A stretch of 64,000 nt of DNA from Spirochaetia bacterium. GTDB lineage: Bacteria > Spirochaetota > Spirochaetia > SZUA-6 > Bin103. Where the stretch lies: the NCBI GenBank assembly GCA_965198005.1, contig CBDAOI010000004.1, positions 672,001 through 736,000 on the forward strand. Direction: 5' to 3'. The translations under genes and the position numbers were made by a program. Under the pieces are notes generated by a model. It did not search any database, had not been told where the DNA came from, and saw nothing but the letters and a program-made list of their open reading frames with translations. Below are positions 13,109 to 21,218 of this stretch, one piece after another. Numbering within the stretch: the first letter of the stretch is position 1; every line of letters starts with the position of its first letter.

Positions 13109-13414
13109 CTCCCTGGGTTTGGAAGGCCGTCAGGGGGCCGCTATGAGGCCGACTCGGACGCCGAGCGGCCCGCTGCCGGCCAATCGGCGGTGAATGCCGG
13201 CCCTGAACGGGTCCGAGTGCCGAGATCGTCGCCGCGGCGGCGCTCATGCTGCCGCTCCTGTCCGAGCAGCCTCGAACTCAACCGGCGAGCGGCTCGCGGT
13301 TGCACCTCCGGAGGGCCGCGACGGCCGCAGCAACGGCCCATTCCCCCCGCGCGCGGCGACTGACGGAGCGGCGGCTTGACGCTCGAGGAGGTCTGCCGTC
13401 GCTAGTAGCTGGTC

Positions 13415-13690
13415 CTGGAGGTGGCTGCGACCCGACCAGGCTGGGCTGCCGGCGGTGGCGGCGCGGTCAATACGGAGCCAGCGGTGCCGGGAATCGGCGT
13501 TGACGGGTGTTGCAGGGGGTACCCCAGGCTTACCCCCGAGCGGCTGGAAGGCCCTCAGCGGGCCGCTGTGAGGCCGACGTGGACGGTGACCGGCCTGCGG
13601 CCGGCCACATCGCCGGCGAATGACGGCTCCGGAGGGGCGATGCGCCCGAGTCGGCGCCGCGAGGGGCTCTCGGCTGCCGCGGCTGCCTGA
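13415..13690 (+). repeat. Degenerate direct repeat of the intron-flanking sequence (11075-11192 joined to 13109-13250)
   Basis: Shared blocks CAGCGGTG..GGGAA.CGGC.TTGACGGG and TGGAAGGCC.TCAG.GGGCCGCT.TGAGGCCGAC. Confidence 0.75.
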
Positions 13691-13729
13691 AAGAAATCTC
13701 AAGAAACTTCAATTCGCCTGTTTTTTCTG

Positions 13730-13758
13730 TTGATTGGTTGCCGCAGGGGTGGTATACT
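13730..13758 (+). promoter_or_regulatory. Sigma70-like promoter
   Basis: TTGATT-17 bp-TATACT in an AT-rich patch. Confidence 0.5.
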
Positions 13759-13968
13759 GAAAGTCTCAGGTTTGAACGGATGCAAAAGATGGCTGAAAAC
13801 ACTACTCAGCGCTGCCACCGGTTAGCGGCAGCGCAACCGGCGCGTCCTACCCTTGCCCCCCCCCGGAATCCTTTCGCGGCGGGGGTTGGCAAATGGTGGG
13901 GCCCCCTCCAGACTGTCTCTTCAGGCCATTGACTGCCGTTCACCGAGGATTGCTGGGCCGATTCGTGG

Positions 13969-13998
13969 TTGACTGTCCACGGGAGCGGAGGTTATGAT
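13969..13998 (+). promoter_or_regulatory. Sigma70-like promoter upstream of the SBP1 leader
   Basis: TTGACT-18 bp-TATGAT. Confidence 0.55.
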
Positions 13999-14195
13999 AG
14001 GGTGGGATGCAGTCAATCGCGGCATCGCGACTACATCTGGGTATGGCTGTGCCTCACCTGCGGAGGGCTTGAGTGACCTATAACACGTCAACGCTTATGA
14101 CACTCTGTTCCCCTGACAGCCGCTCGCCGAGATTTGCTGAAAATCAGCTCGCGGCGGGCTTGCTTAATGGTGAGGAGTCCCCCCCAGCTTTTCGA

Positions 14196-14771
14196 ACCGA
14201 GAAACAACTAACCGCTCCGGCTGATCGCCCCGCACGCGCCGTCGCCTTCACCGTCGCTGTACCTATCGGTGGCGCCGGCTCGGTCCATCGTCGAACCCGC
14301 ATGCGGGCCGCCAGCGCGCTTCCCGGCGACCGTAACCGTCCCGGATCCCCGCCCGCGACTGACTGCCGGCAAAACCCCACGCCGGCGTCGCCGGTCAATC
14401 AGACTCGCTGCTTCGCCGACCACCACCCAGTGTGGGGTTGTGACGCAGGTGCCGACGTCCGCCGAGCGGACGGTGCTTGCATGATGGGGCGCGCACGCGC
14501 CGCGCGCAGCGCACCCCACAACACGGCAAGCACCCAGACCAGGCCCTATTCTGCGTCAATTGCCGAAATCTACAGAAAACGGGGGTGCAAAATGATACTC
14601 AAAGAACCTTACGCGCGCGCGGCGTGAGCCGGGGTGAACCCGCAGAGTCACACGCCGCGCGCTCTTATCGTATTGGACTCAGACTGGCCGTCCGCGTTGC
14701 GGGCCCGAGCGTAGCCAGCGAGCGCAAGTCGCTCCGCAATACTCTCGAAAAATCTACATACGGAGAAACGT
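14196..14771 (+). repeat. Conserved long 5' leader of the SBP cassette, copy 1
   Basis: Colinear similarity with 20647-21218, starting ACCGAGAAACAACTAACCGCTCCGGCTGATCGCC. Confidence 0.9.
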
Positions 14772-16583
14772 ATGAACATTGTAAGAATTAGAATGACCTT
14801 CGCGTTTGCGCTGGTCCTCGTAATGACCGCGACCGGCGTCTGGGCCGCCGGCAGCAGCGACAGCGACGGGTCAGCCGCGGCCGAAAAGGAAATGGTGCGC
14901 GACCCCACCACCGGCAAGATGGTGACCGCGCCCGAGTATGGCGGAACAATAACCTATCCCTACAGTGTAATTCATGAGACTACTGACCCCCATGCTAGCG
15001 GCCACTTTGCGAGTGACATCGACAGCGTTAATCAGAAGCTTGCCGTCCCGGACTGGGGAATAGATAGGGACAAACTTGACTACAGAAGCGGTTACGTCAG
15101 TATGGAGTTCTATGTAGGGCAGTTGGCTGAAAGTTGGGAACAGCCTGACCCACTGACTTACATCTTCCACATCCGCCAGGGCGTTCACTACGCCCTTGAT
15201 CCAGACAGTGAGGCCAGCCGCTTAGTAAACGGACGGGAGCTCACAGCCGATGATGTCGTATATTCCATTCAGCGTCATACCGCTCAGGGCGACTTCACCG
15301 AACGTCCGGTCCGGACTTACGAGATGATCAACCTGCCATGGGAATCGATAGAGGCCACGGACAAATATACGGTTGTTATCAAGATGAAGGAGTTCTCCCT
15401 CATTGCGCTAAGGGCTATCATCACCGAAGACACAGGTTGGATATTACCCCCCGAGGTAATCGAGAAATACGGGAACTATGAGGATTGGAAGAACGTGGTC
15501 GGCACCGGGCCCCTTATGCTGACTGACTGGACCGAAGAGGTCTCTAAAACCTGGACCAAGAATCCTGACTACTGGGGCTACGACCCCAAATACCCGCAGA
15601 ACGTCGTGCCCTATGTTGACCAGATAAGGGCCCTGTATATGCCAGAAAGAGCAACAGCTCTGTCGGCACTACGTACGGGTAAGATTGATTTTAGCGGCAA
15701 CGTTCCCCTTCTCAGAACTCTCGACGACGTAAAGAGTCTCCAGCGGACCAACCCCGAAATCACGGTGACCACTACTTTCGCGACTGCTACGACTGTTTTT
15801 ACTATGAACACGCACAAGCCGCCCTTTGACGACATCAGGGTACGCCGCGCAATGCAGATGGCACTGGACCTTAAGGAGATCAGCGATACCTACTATGGCG
15901 GTTTGGCAAGGTGGGAACCTCAGGGCGGGGTAGGGAAAGCCGTCGTGGGGTATAACACCTCATTTGATGAGTATCCCGAAGAGGTCAAGCAATACTATAT
16001 CTATGACCCGGAAGGTGCCGAGAAGCTGCTTGATGAGGCTGGATATCCGCGAGGCGCGGACGGCGTTCGACTCAAGGTCCACCTGCACCACCGCGACGTT
16101 TCGGATTTAGCCTATACAGAAATAGCTGTCAGCTACTGGCGTGAGATTGGCATTGATGTAGATGTTGGTATATACGACACGCCTTCTTGGGTAGCAGCCA
16201 GAGCAGACACTACTTTGTATGAGCTAGCCACTAGCTACCAGGCCTTTACTTTTAACCCTGAAACCTGGGTAACCTATTATCGCACGGATTACAAACATCG
16301 GAGCGAATACATAGGCGGATACCAGAGCCCTGAGATGACGGCCCTGTATGACGCCTTTTTTGCCGCTAAAACCGTTGAGGAGCAGCAGAGGATATTTAAA
16401 GAGTTTGATATGGAGGTCGGCATAAGGCGGCACAATCAAGTATGGGGTCCTATAGCCCCACGGTTTATTCAAGCCCAGCCGTGGGTTATAGGCTATAACG
16501 GTGAAGACACTGGAAATCGTCCTCGTCTCGCCCTCGTCCACCTTTGGATTGACCAGGAGATGAAGGAAGCAATGGGTCATTAG
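14772..16583 (+). CDS. ABC transporter substrate-binding protein, family 5 (SBP1)
   Basis: Signal peptide; YGG, LAESWEQPD, GRELTADDV, VGTGP, PFDDIRVRRAMQMALD, AEKLLDEAGYP. Confidence 0.93.
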   Translation: MNIVRIRMTFAFALVLVMTATGVWAAGSSDSDGSAAAEKEMVRDPTTGKMVTAPEYGGTITYPYSVIHETTDPHASGHFASDIDSVNQKLAVPDWGIDRDKLDYRSGYVSMEFYVGQLAESWEQPDPLTYIFHIRQGVHYALDPDSEASRLVNGRELTADDVVYSIQRHTAQGDFTERPVRTYEMINLPWESIEATDKYTVVIKMKEFSLIALRAIITEDTGWILPPEVIEKYGNYEDWKNVVGTGPLMLTDWTEEVSKTWTKNPDYWGYDPKYPQNVVPYVDQIRALYMPERATALSALRTGKIDFSGNVPLLRTLDDVKSLQRTNPEITVTTTFATATTVFTMNTHKPPFDDIRVRRAMQMALDLKEISDTYYGGLARWEPQGGVGKAVVGYNTSFDEYPEEVKQYYIYDPEGAEKLLDEAGYPRGADGVRLKVHLHHRDVSDLAYTEIAVSYWREIGIDVDVGIYDTPSWVAARADTTLYELATSYQAFTFNPETWVTYYRTDYKHRSEYIGGYQSPEMTALYDAFFAAKTVEEQQRIFKEFDMEVGIRRHNQVWGPIAPRFIQAQPWVIGYNGEDTGNRPRLALVHLWIDQEMKEAMGH

Positions 16584-16590
16584 GGGTTTT

Positions 16591-16786
16591 GAGCAGCCGA
16601 CAAGACTGCATTTTAGCCGGGGAAGGACCGGCCGTACCAATTGCCCGTCCGGGATGAGAGGGGGGCTTCGCGGAAACGTGGACTAAACGTGGACTATGGT
16701 GGAACTAGGTTTCTGCCTGCAATCGAAAGAGCGAGGTGGTTATGAATCTCTGCCTAAGGCTTGCGCGCGCCGCGATTCTACCCGGC
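16591..16786 (+). mobile_element. Internally deleted group II intron remnant (5' end plus partial domain V and long domain VI)
   Basis: Absent at the equivalent site after SBP2 and SBP3; CGTCCGGGATGAGAGGGGGG...GGAAACGTGG.CTATGGTGGAACTAGG...ATCGAAAGAG...GCGCGCCG...TTCTACCCGGC resembles group II 3' ends. Confidence 0.7.
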
Positions 16787-16813
16787 CACCCCTTGTGGCT
16801 GACTTAGGGAAAA

Positions 16814-16844
16814 GGGAGCTGGGGGGGCAAACCTCCCGGCTCCC
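16814..16844 (+). terminator. Conserved intercistronic stem-loop after the SBP gene (also 23067-23098 and 30685-30728)
   Basis: GGGAGCTGGG...CCCGGCTCCC with no U-tract, so it may be an mRNA stabiliser rather than a terminator. Confidence 0.6.
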
Positions 16845-16866
16845 ATACTCCTAGAGAGGGCAATTT

Positions 16867-17210
16867 GTCATTTCTGGCGAAGACTCGGAATCCAGAATAC
16901 GCAACCATATTTGACGTTACTCTGGATTCCCGCTTTCAGGGGGATGGTGCCTTCACCAACGATGGGCTACAGGTGTTCTATCGAGTGATCCTTGAACCCT
17001 GGACAGGGGGAATCAAGGCGGACACCCCTTTGAACCCCCGTTTCAAAAGGGGTTTCACCCCTCTGGACTCCCAAAACGGTGAGAGGCGAGTTTCTTGGCA
17101 GGGGTCATTGGCACCTTAGAGAGTGCCGCGCCCTTCAGTGGAAGGGGCCGGAAAGACGTGGAAGGTGGATTGCGGTTTTCACCGCAATGACGGGGGAAAT
17201 GGGAATGACG
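16867..17210. repeat. REP-like palindrome cluster, copy 1
   Basis: GTCATT...GGAATCCAG / CTGGATTCC, GGGGTTTCACCCC, ...AATGACG; near-duplicate at 23107-23460. Confidence 0.8.
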
Positions 17211-17244
17211 AGAGAGGGGTGGCAATCACAAGGAGTAGTGTGAC

Positions 17245-18207
17245 ATGAGAGCCTATATCATCAGGCGGTTATTGCTCATCATCCCCACCCTGTTTGTCCT
17301 CAGCATTCTCGTCTTTCTCTCGGTCCGCTTCATCCCCGGCGATGTAATAGACGCAATGGTGGGTAGGATGGAAGCCGAGGGGGGCGGCGGCGAGCTTGAC
17401 CGTGAAGCTATGGAGCATATGCTGGGATTAGACCTGCCTGTGCACGTGCAGTATGGACGCTGGATCGGCGGCATCCTCCTGCACGGCACCCTTGGAGAAT
17501 CACTGTTTCGCGGTTGGCGCATCGAGGAGCGCATGCTGGGACGACTGCCGGTCACCGCCGAGCTCGGGCTGCTGGCCATCCTCATCGGCCTGGTCATTGC
17601 CCTGCCGGTTGGCATCTACTCGGCGGTGCGCCAGTACACGGCCGCCGACTACGTGGGACGGTCGGTCGCCATCATGGGGCTGGCGACGCCCAATTTCTGG
17701 CTGGGAACGATGGTGATGATCTACCCGGCCATCTGGTGGGCATGGTCGCCGCCGATGGAGCTGATCCCGTTCGCCCAGGACCCGCTGGGCAACCTCGGCA
17801 TGTTCCTCATCCCCAGCCTGATCCTGGGCACCTACCTGGCGGCCAGCACCATGCGCATGACGCGCACCATGATGTTAGAGGTGCTGCGTCAGGACTATAT
17901 CAGGACCGCCTGGGCCAAGGGTCTGCTGGAGCGGTCGGTGATCCTGCGCCACGCGGTCAAGAACGCCATCATCCCGGTGGTGACGCTGGTGGGCATGCAG
18001 CTGCCGATTCTGGTGGGCGGCTCGGTCATCATCGAGAACATCTTCAACCTGCCGGGGCTGGGGCGGATGATGCTGGCTGCGCTCAACAACCGCGACTACC
18101 CGGTGGTGTCGGGGGTGAATCTGTTCTTCGCCACGGTGGTGGTGTTCGTCAACCTGCTGACCGATCTGCTGTATGCGTCGCTGGACCCGCGGATTCGCTA
18201 CGAATGA
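17245..18207 (+). CDS. Dpp/Opp-type ABC permease (DppB-like 1)
   Basis: YIIRRLL..IPTL, RLPVT.EL, PNFWLG, RMTRTMMLEVLRQDYIRTAWAKGL, RDYPVV, LDPRIRY. Confidence 0.93.
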   Translation: MRAYIIRRLLLIIPTLFVLSILVFLSVRFIPGDVIDAMVGRMEAEGGGGELDREAMEHMLGLDLPVHVQYGRWIGGILLHGTLGESLFRGWRIEERMLGRLPVTAELGLLAILIGLVIALPVGIYSAVRQYTAADYVGRSVAIMGLATPNFWLGTMVMIYPAIWWAWSPPMELIPFAQDPLGNLGMFLIPSLILGTYLAASTMRMTRTMMLEVLRQDYIRTAWAKGLLERSVILRHAVKNAIIPVVTLVGMQLPILVGGSVIIENIFNLPGLGRMMLAALNNRDYPVVSGVNLFFATVVVFVNLLTDLLYASLDPRIRYE

Positions 18208-18240
18208 GGCAATGAGGCAGTGAGGCAGTGAGGGAAGCCC

Positions 18241-19191
18241 GTGGGTGATGTATCACAGCTGACGCCGGCCGGCGCCGAGCCGGCCGCTGGGGCGGCTGCG
18301 GCTGGGCAGGCTGGAGCGCGGCGGTTCTTCGGCCGGCTGGTGCGTGAGCAGCCGTTGGGCACCGCCGGCGGCATCGTCATCCTGCTCCTGGTGCTGGTCA
18401 GCATCTTCGCCGATGGGCTGGCGCCCTATCGCTTCGAGGAGATCCATCTGCGCGACCGTCTGCAGGCCCCCTCGGCTCAGTACCTGCTGGGCACCGACCA
18501 CGTGGGGCGCGACCTGTTGAGCCGCCTCATCCACGGGGCGCGGCTGTCGCTGACGGTGGGGCTGGCCGCCACGGCCCTCAACGTCGTGGTGGCGGTGCTG
18601 ATCGGCGGCACCACCGGCTTCATCGGCGGGCGGCTGGACCTGGTGACGCAGCGCTTCGTCGACGCCTGGATGGCCTTCCCGGGGCTACTGTTGCTGCTCA
18701 CCATCATGTCGATCGCCGGCCGCGGCATGGCGCAGATCATCATCGTGCTGGGGGTGTCGGGCGGCATCCCCGCCTCGCGGGTGGTGCGCGGCGCGGTGCT
18801 GGGGGTCAAGGAGAACGTCTACTTCCAGGCGGCGCAGGCGATCGGCAGCTCGCGTCGGCGCTCGCTGCTGCGCCACGTGCTGCCCAACATCGCCGCGCCC
18901 ATCATCATCATCTTCAGCATCAACGTCGGCGGGGTGATCATGTCGGAGGCGGCGCTGAGCTTCCTCGGCTTCGGGCTGCCGCCGGACATACCCAGCTGGG
19001 GCGGTATGCTGAGCCGCGAGGGGCGGCAGTACATGGAGATTGCGCCCTGGCTGGCGCTGTGGCCGGGGCTGTGCCTGACCGTGGTCGTCTACAGCCTCAA
19101 CATGTTCGGTGACGCGGTGCGCGATCTGCTGGACCCGCGGCTGCGAGGCCGCCTCGGCCGCTACGGCGCCGCCGCCTCGGCGCGGCCATAG
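18241..19191 (+). CDS. Dpp/Opp-type ABC permease (DppC-like 1)
   Basis: LLGTDHVGRDLLSRLIHGARLSL, RHVLPN, EAALSFLGFG, PSWGGML, GDAVRDLLDPR. Confidence 0.93.
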   Translation: MGDVSQLTPAGAEPAAGAAAAGQAGARRFFGRLVREQPLGTAGGIVILLLVLVSIFADGLAPYRFEEIHLRDRLQAPSAQYLLGTDHVGRDLLSRLIHGARLSLTVGLAATALNVVVAVLIGGTTGFIGGRLDLVTQRFVDAWMAFPGLLLLLTIMSIAGRGMAQIIIVLGVSGGIPASRVVRGAVLGVKENVYFQAAQAIGSSRRRSLLRHVLPNIAAPIIIIFSINVGGVIMSEAALSFLGFGLPPDIPSWGGMLSREGRQYMEIAPWLALWPGLCLTVVVYSLNMFGDAVRDLLDPRLRGRLGRYGAAASARP

Positions 19192-19855
19192 GCCAGCTCA
19201 CCCCGAGCTGAGGTCGCCCGGCCATCGAGGCGTTGGACGCCGGCGGTGCAAACGGCAAGGGGCACCGATTGATCACCTCTACCCCGACGCCGAGATTCTT
19301 GATGCCGACCGTTCGCCCGGGCCGGGATGACGCCGGCCTGGCGCCACGGATGGCATGCAGCTCCCAGGACCGCGACAGGGACGTCGTGGGCTGGGAGCGG
19401 TGGTTGCTATTTTCCGGAGGCGCGCCCGGAACGCGCCCGACCAGGTCGGCGAGCGCCGGACTGTGTATGGGCGTGACCTGGCCGGTCAGCCCGAAGCAGC
19501 GCCTGGCATCATTTTGTCGGCGCATCATCTTGCACCGCAGACCGAGTCGGCGAACTGCATAAGTAGCTCATCACACGACTGACGCGTCGTCCGTTCCTGG
19601 GCCCGGTCAGACGCAATGCGCCGCCCGCACAGACACAGGCGTTCCCGCGCCATGGAGGACAAGCGTGCGGCTGCCCTGTGCGCAGCGGCTGTGCTCGGAC
19701 AGCTTGGGGCGCGTCCGGAGGGAGCTGCATTTCCGGCATCGCGACGCCGAAACTGACTCGACCAGCGCGCCAGGTATTCGCCGGGGCGACCGTCGGCTAG
19801 GCGGCGCGCCCGAGGAAGTGGCCTCGTTGGGAGACTTGGTTTGCAGCCCGATCTG

Positions 19856-20272
19856 TCAGCTCACCTCTTTCTCGAGCCGTTGGCTGATATATTCCAACAC
19901 CGCGGCGGCCATCAGACCCGATCGAGAATCACCGGTCTCCTTCGCATAGTCGTCCACCCGTGACAGAACTCGCTCGGGAATGGTGACGTTGATGCGCCGT
20001 GCTTTGCCACTCACCCTTGAGAGGTCCACGGTCACCATGGCCCATATGCCGTCGCTATAGTCAGCGTTGGCCTGATGTGACTCGATCTTTGTTGGCTCCG
20101 GAACGGGCTCGCGATCCAGGAGAAGCCCCTCTACATGAGTGATGATGGCCTCGGCGGCATTCGTAAGGGCATCGTCCATCGTTCGGCCAACGGAAAAACA
20201 GCCCGGGAGATCCGGCACTGTCACGCCAAAGTCACTGTCCGCATCCTTGTGGATCACGACCGGGTAGTTCAT
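19856..20272 (-). CDS. hicB: HicB-family antitoxin with C-terminal RHH domain
   Basis: YPVVIHKD..SDFGVTVPDLPGCFS.G.T; RINVTIPE.VL.RVD..A....SRSG. Confidence 0.92.
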   Translation of the reverse strand: MNYPVVIHKDADSDFGVTVPDLPGCFSVGRTMDDALTNAAEAIITHVEGLLLDREPVPEPTKIESHQANADYSDGIWAMVTVDLSRVSGKARRINVTIPERVLSRVDDYAKETGDSRSGLMAAAVLEYISQRLEKEVS

Positions 20273-20463
20273 CGTTCTCTCCAGTCCCACCCAGCCTGGC
20301 GAAAGATGCTCTTCAGCGTACCGATGGGCAGATCCGCGTTAGGGTGGGGCACCGTGACCTTTCCCTTCTTCTCCGGATGTTTGAATTGGTAGTGGCTCCC
20401 TCTGACGTTGTGCAACAGCCAACCATCCCGACGAAGAAGCCTGATTATCTCACGGCTTTTCAA
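20269..20463 (-). CDS. hicA: HicA-family mRNA interferase toxin
   Basis: KSREIIRLLRRDGW...RGSHYQFKHP...VTVPHP..DLPIGTLKSIFRQAG; TTG start. Confidence 0.92.
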   Translation of the reverse strand: MKSREIIRLLRRDGWLLHNVRGSHYQFKHPEKKGKVTVPHPNADLPIGTLKSIFRQAGWDWRER

Positions 20464-20484
20464 CAGTGTGTATACTACACACTG
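20464..20484. promoter_or_regulatory. Putative HicB operator overlapping the -10 box
   Basis: Perfect 9-bp inverted repeat CAGTGTGTA-tac-TACACACTG abutting the hicA start codon. Confidence 0.7.
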
Positions 20485-20646
20485 AAGCGCCATGATGACA
20501 GTCAGCGCAGTGACGGGTTGCCGGTGACCTTCGCTCACCCCGGTGACCCCCACGAGTCGTTGACGGCGCGCCGCGCCTATGCTAGCGTGCCTCACCTGGG
20601 GTTCGACGGATGGTCATGAAGGGTCACGATGACAGGCAGCGCAGTG

Positions 20647-21218
20647 ACCGAGAAACAACTAACCGCTCCGGCTGATCGCCGCGCACGCGCCCCCGCGCAC
20701 GCCGTCGCCTCCACTACCGCCGTAGCTATCGGTGGCACCGGCTCCGTCCATAGCCGAACCGGCATGCGGGCCGCCCACGCCGTTGTCGGCGACCGCGACC
20801 GTGCCGGATCCCCGCCCGCGACTAACTGCGCGCAAAACCCACCGCCTGCGTCGCCGGTCAATCACCCTCGCTGCTTCGCCGGCCACCGCCGCGCGTGGCG
20901 TTGTGACGCAGGTCCCGACGTCCGCCGAGCGGTGGGCGTTTGCATGATGGGCCGCGCACGCGGATCCCATCTTACGTCAGCCATCTGGCAGGGCACCCTG
21001 TGCCCCAAGAAGGAGGTGAAGATGATACTGAAAGAACCGCACGCGCGCGCGGTGTGAGCCCGGGCGAACCCGGTGAGTCACACGCCGCGCGCTTCAGCCA
21101 TTTGACTCAAACTGGCCGTCTGCATTGGCGGGCGCGCCCGCTGTTGCGGGCATAAGAGTAGCCAGGGAGCGCAAGTCGCTCCGCAATACTCTCGAAAAAT
21201 CCACATAGGGAGAAACCT
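20647..21218 (+). repeat. Conserved long 5' leader of the SBP cassette, copy 2
   Basis: Colinear with 14196-14771; preceded by TTGACG-17-TAGCGT at 20560-20588. Confidence 0.9.

Noticed and set aside
13999-14195. Known riboswitch upstream of SBP1
   Set aside because: Hairpins are present, but I recognise no TPP, cobalamin, SAM, FMN, glycine or T-box consensus; an Rfam scan is needed.
19192-19510. Protein-coding gene downstream of dppC-1
   Set aside because: The two copies (here and 34643-35020) differ by indels and stops, and no frame is open in both. At most it is a degraded remnant.
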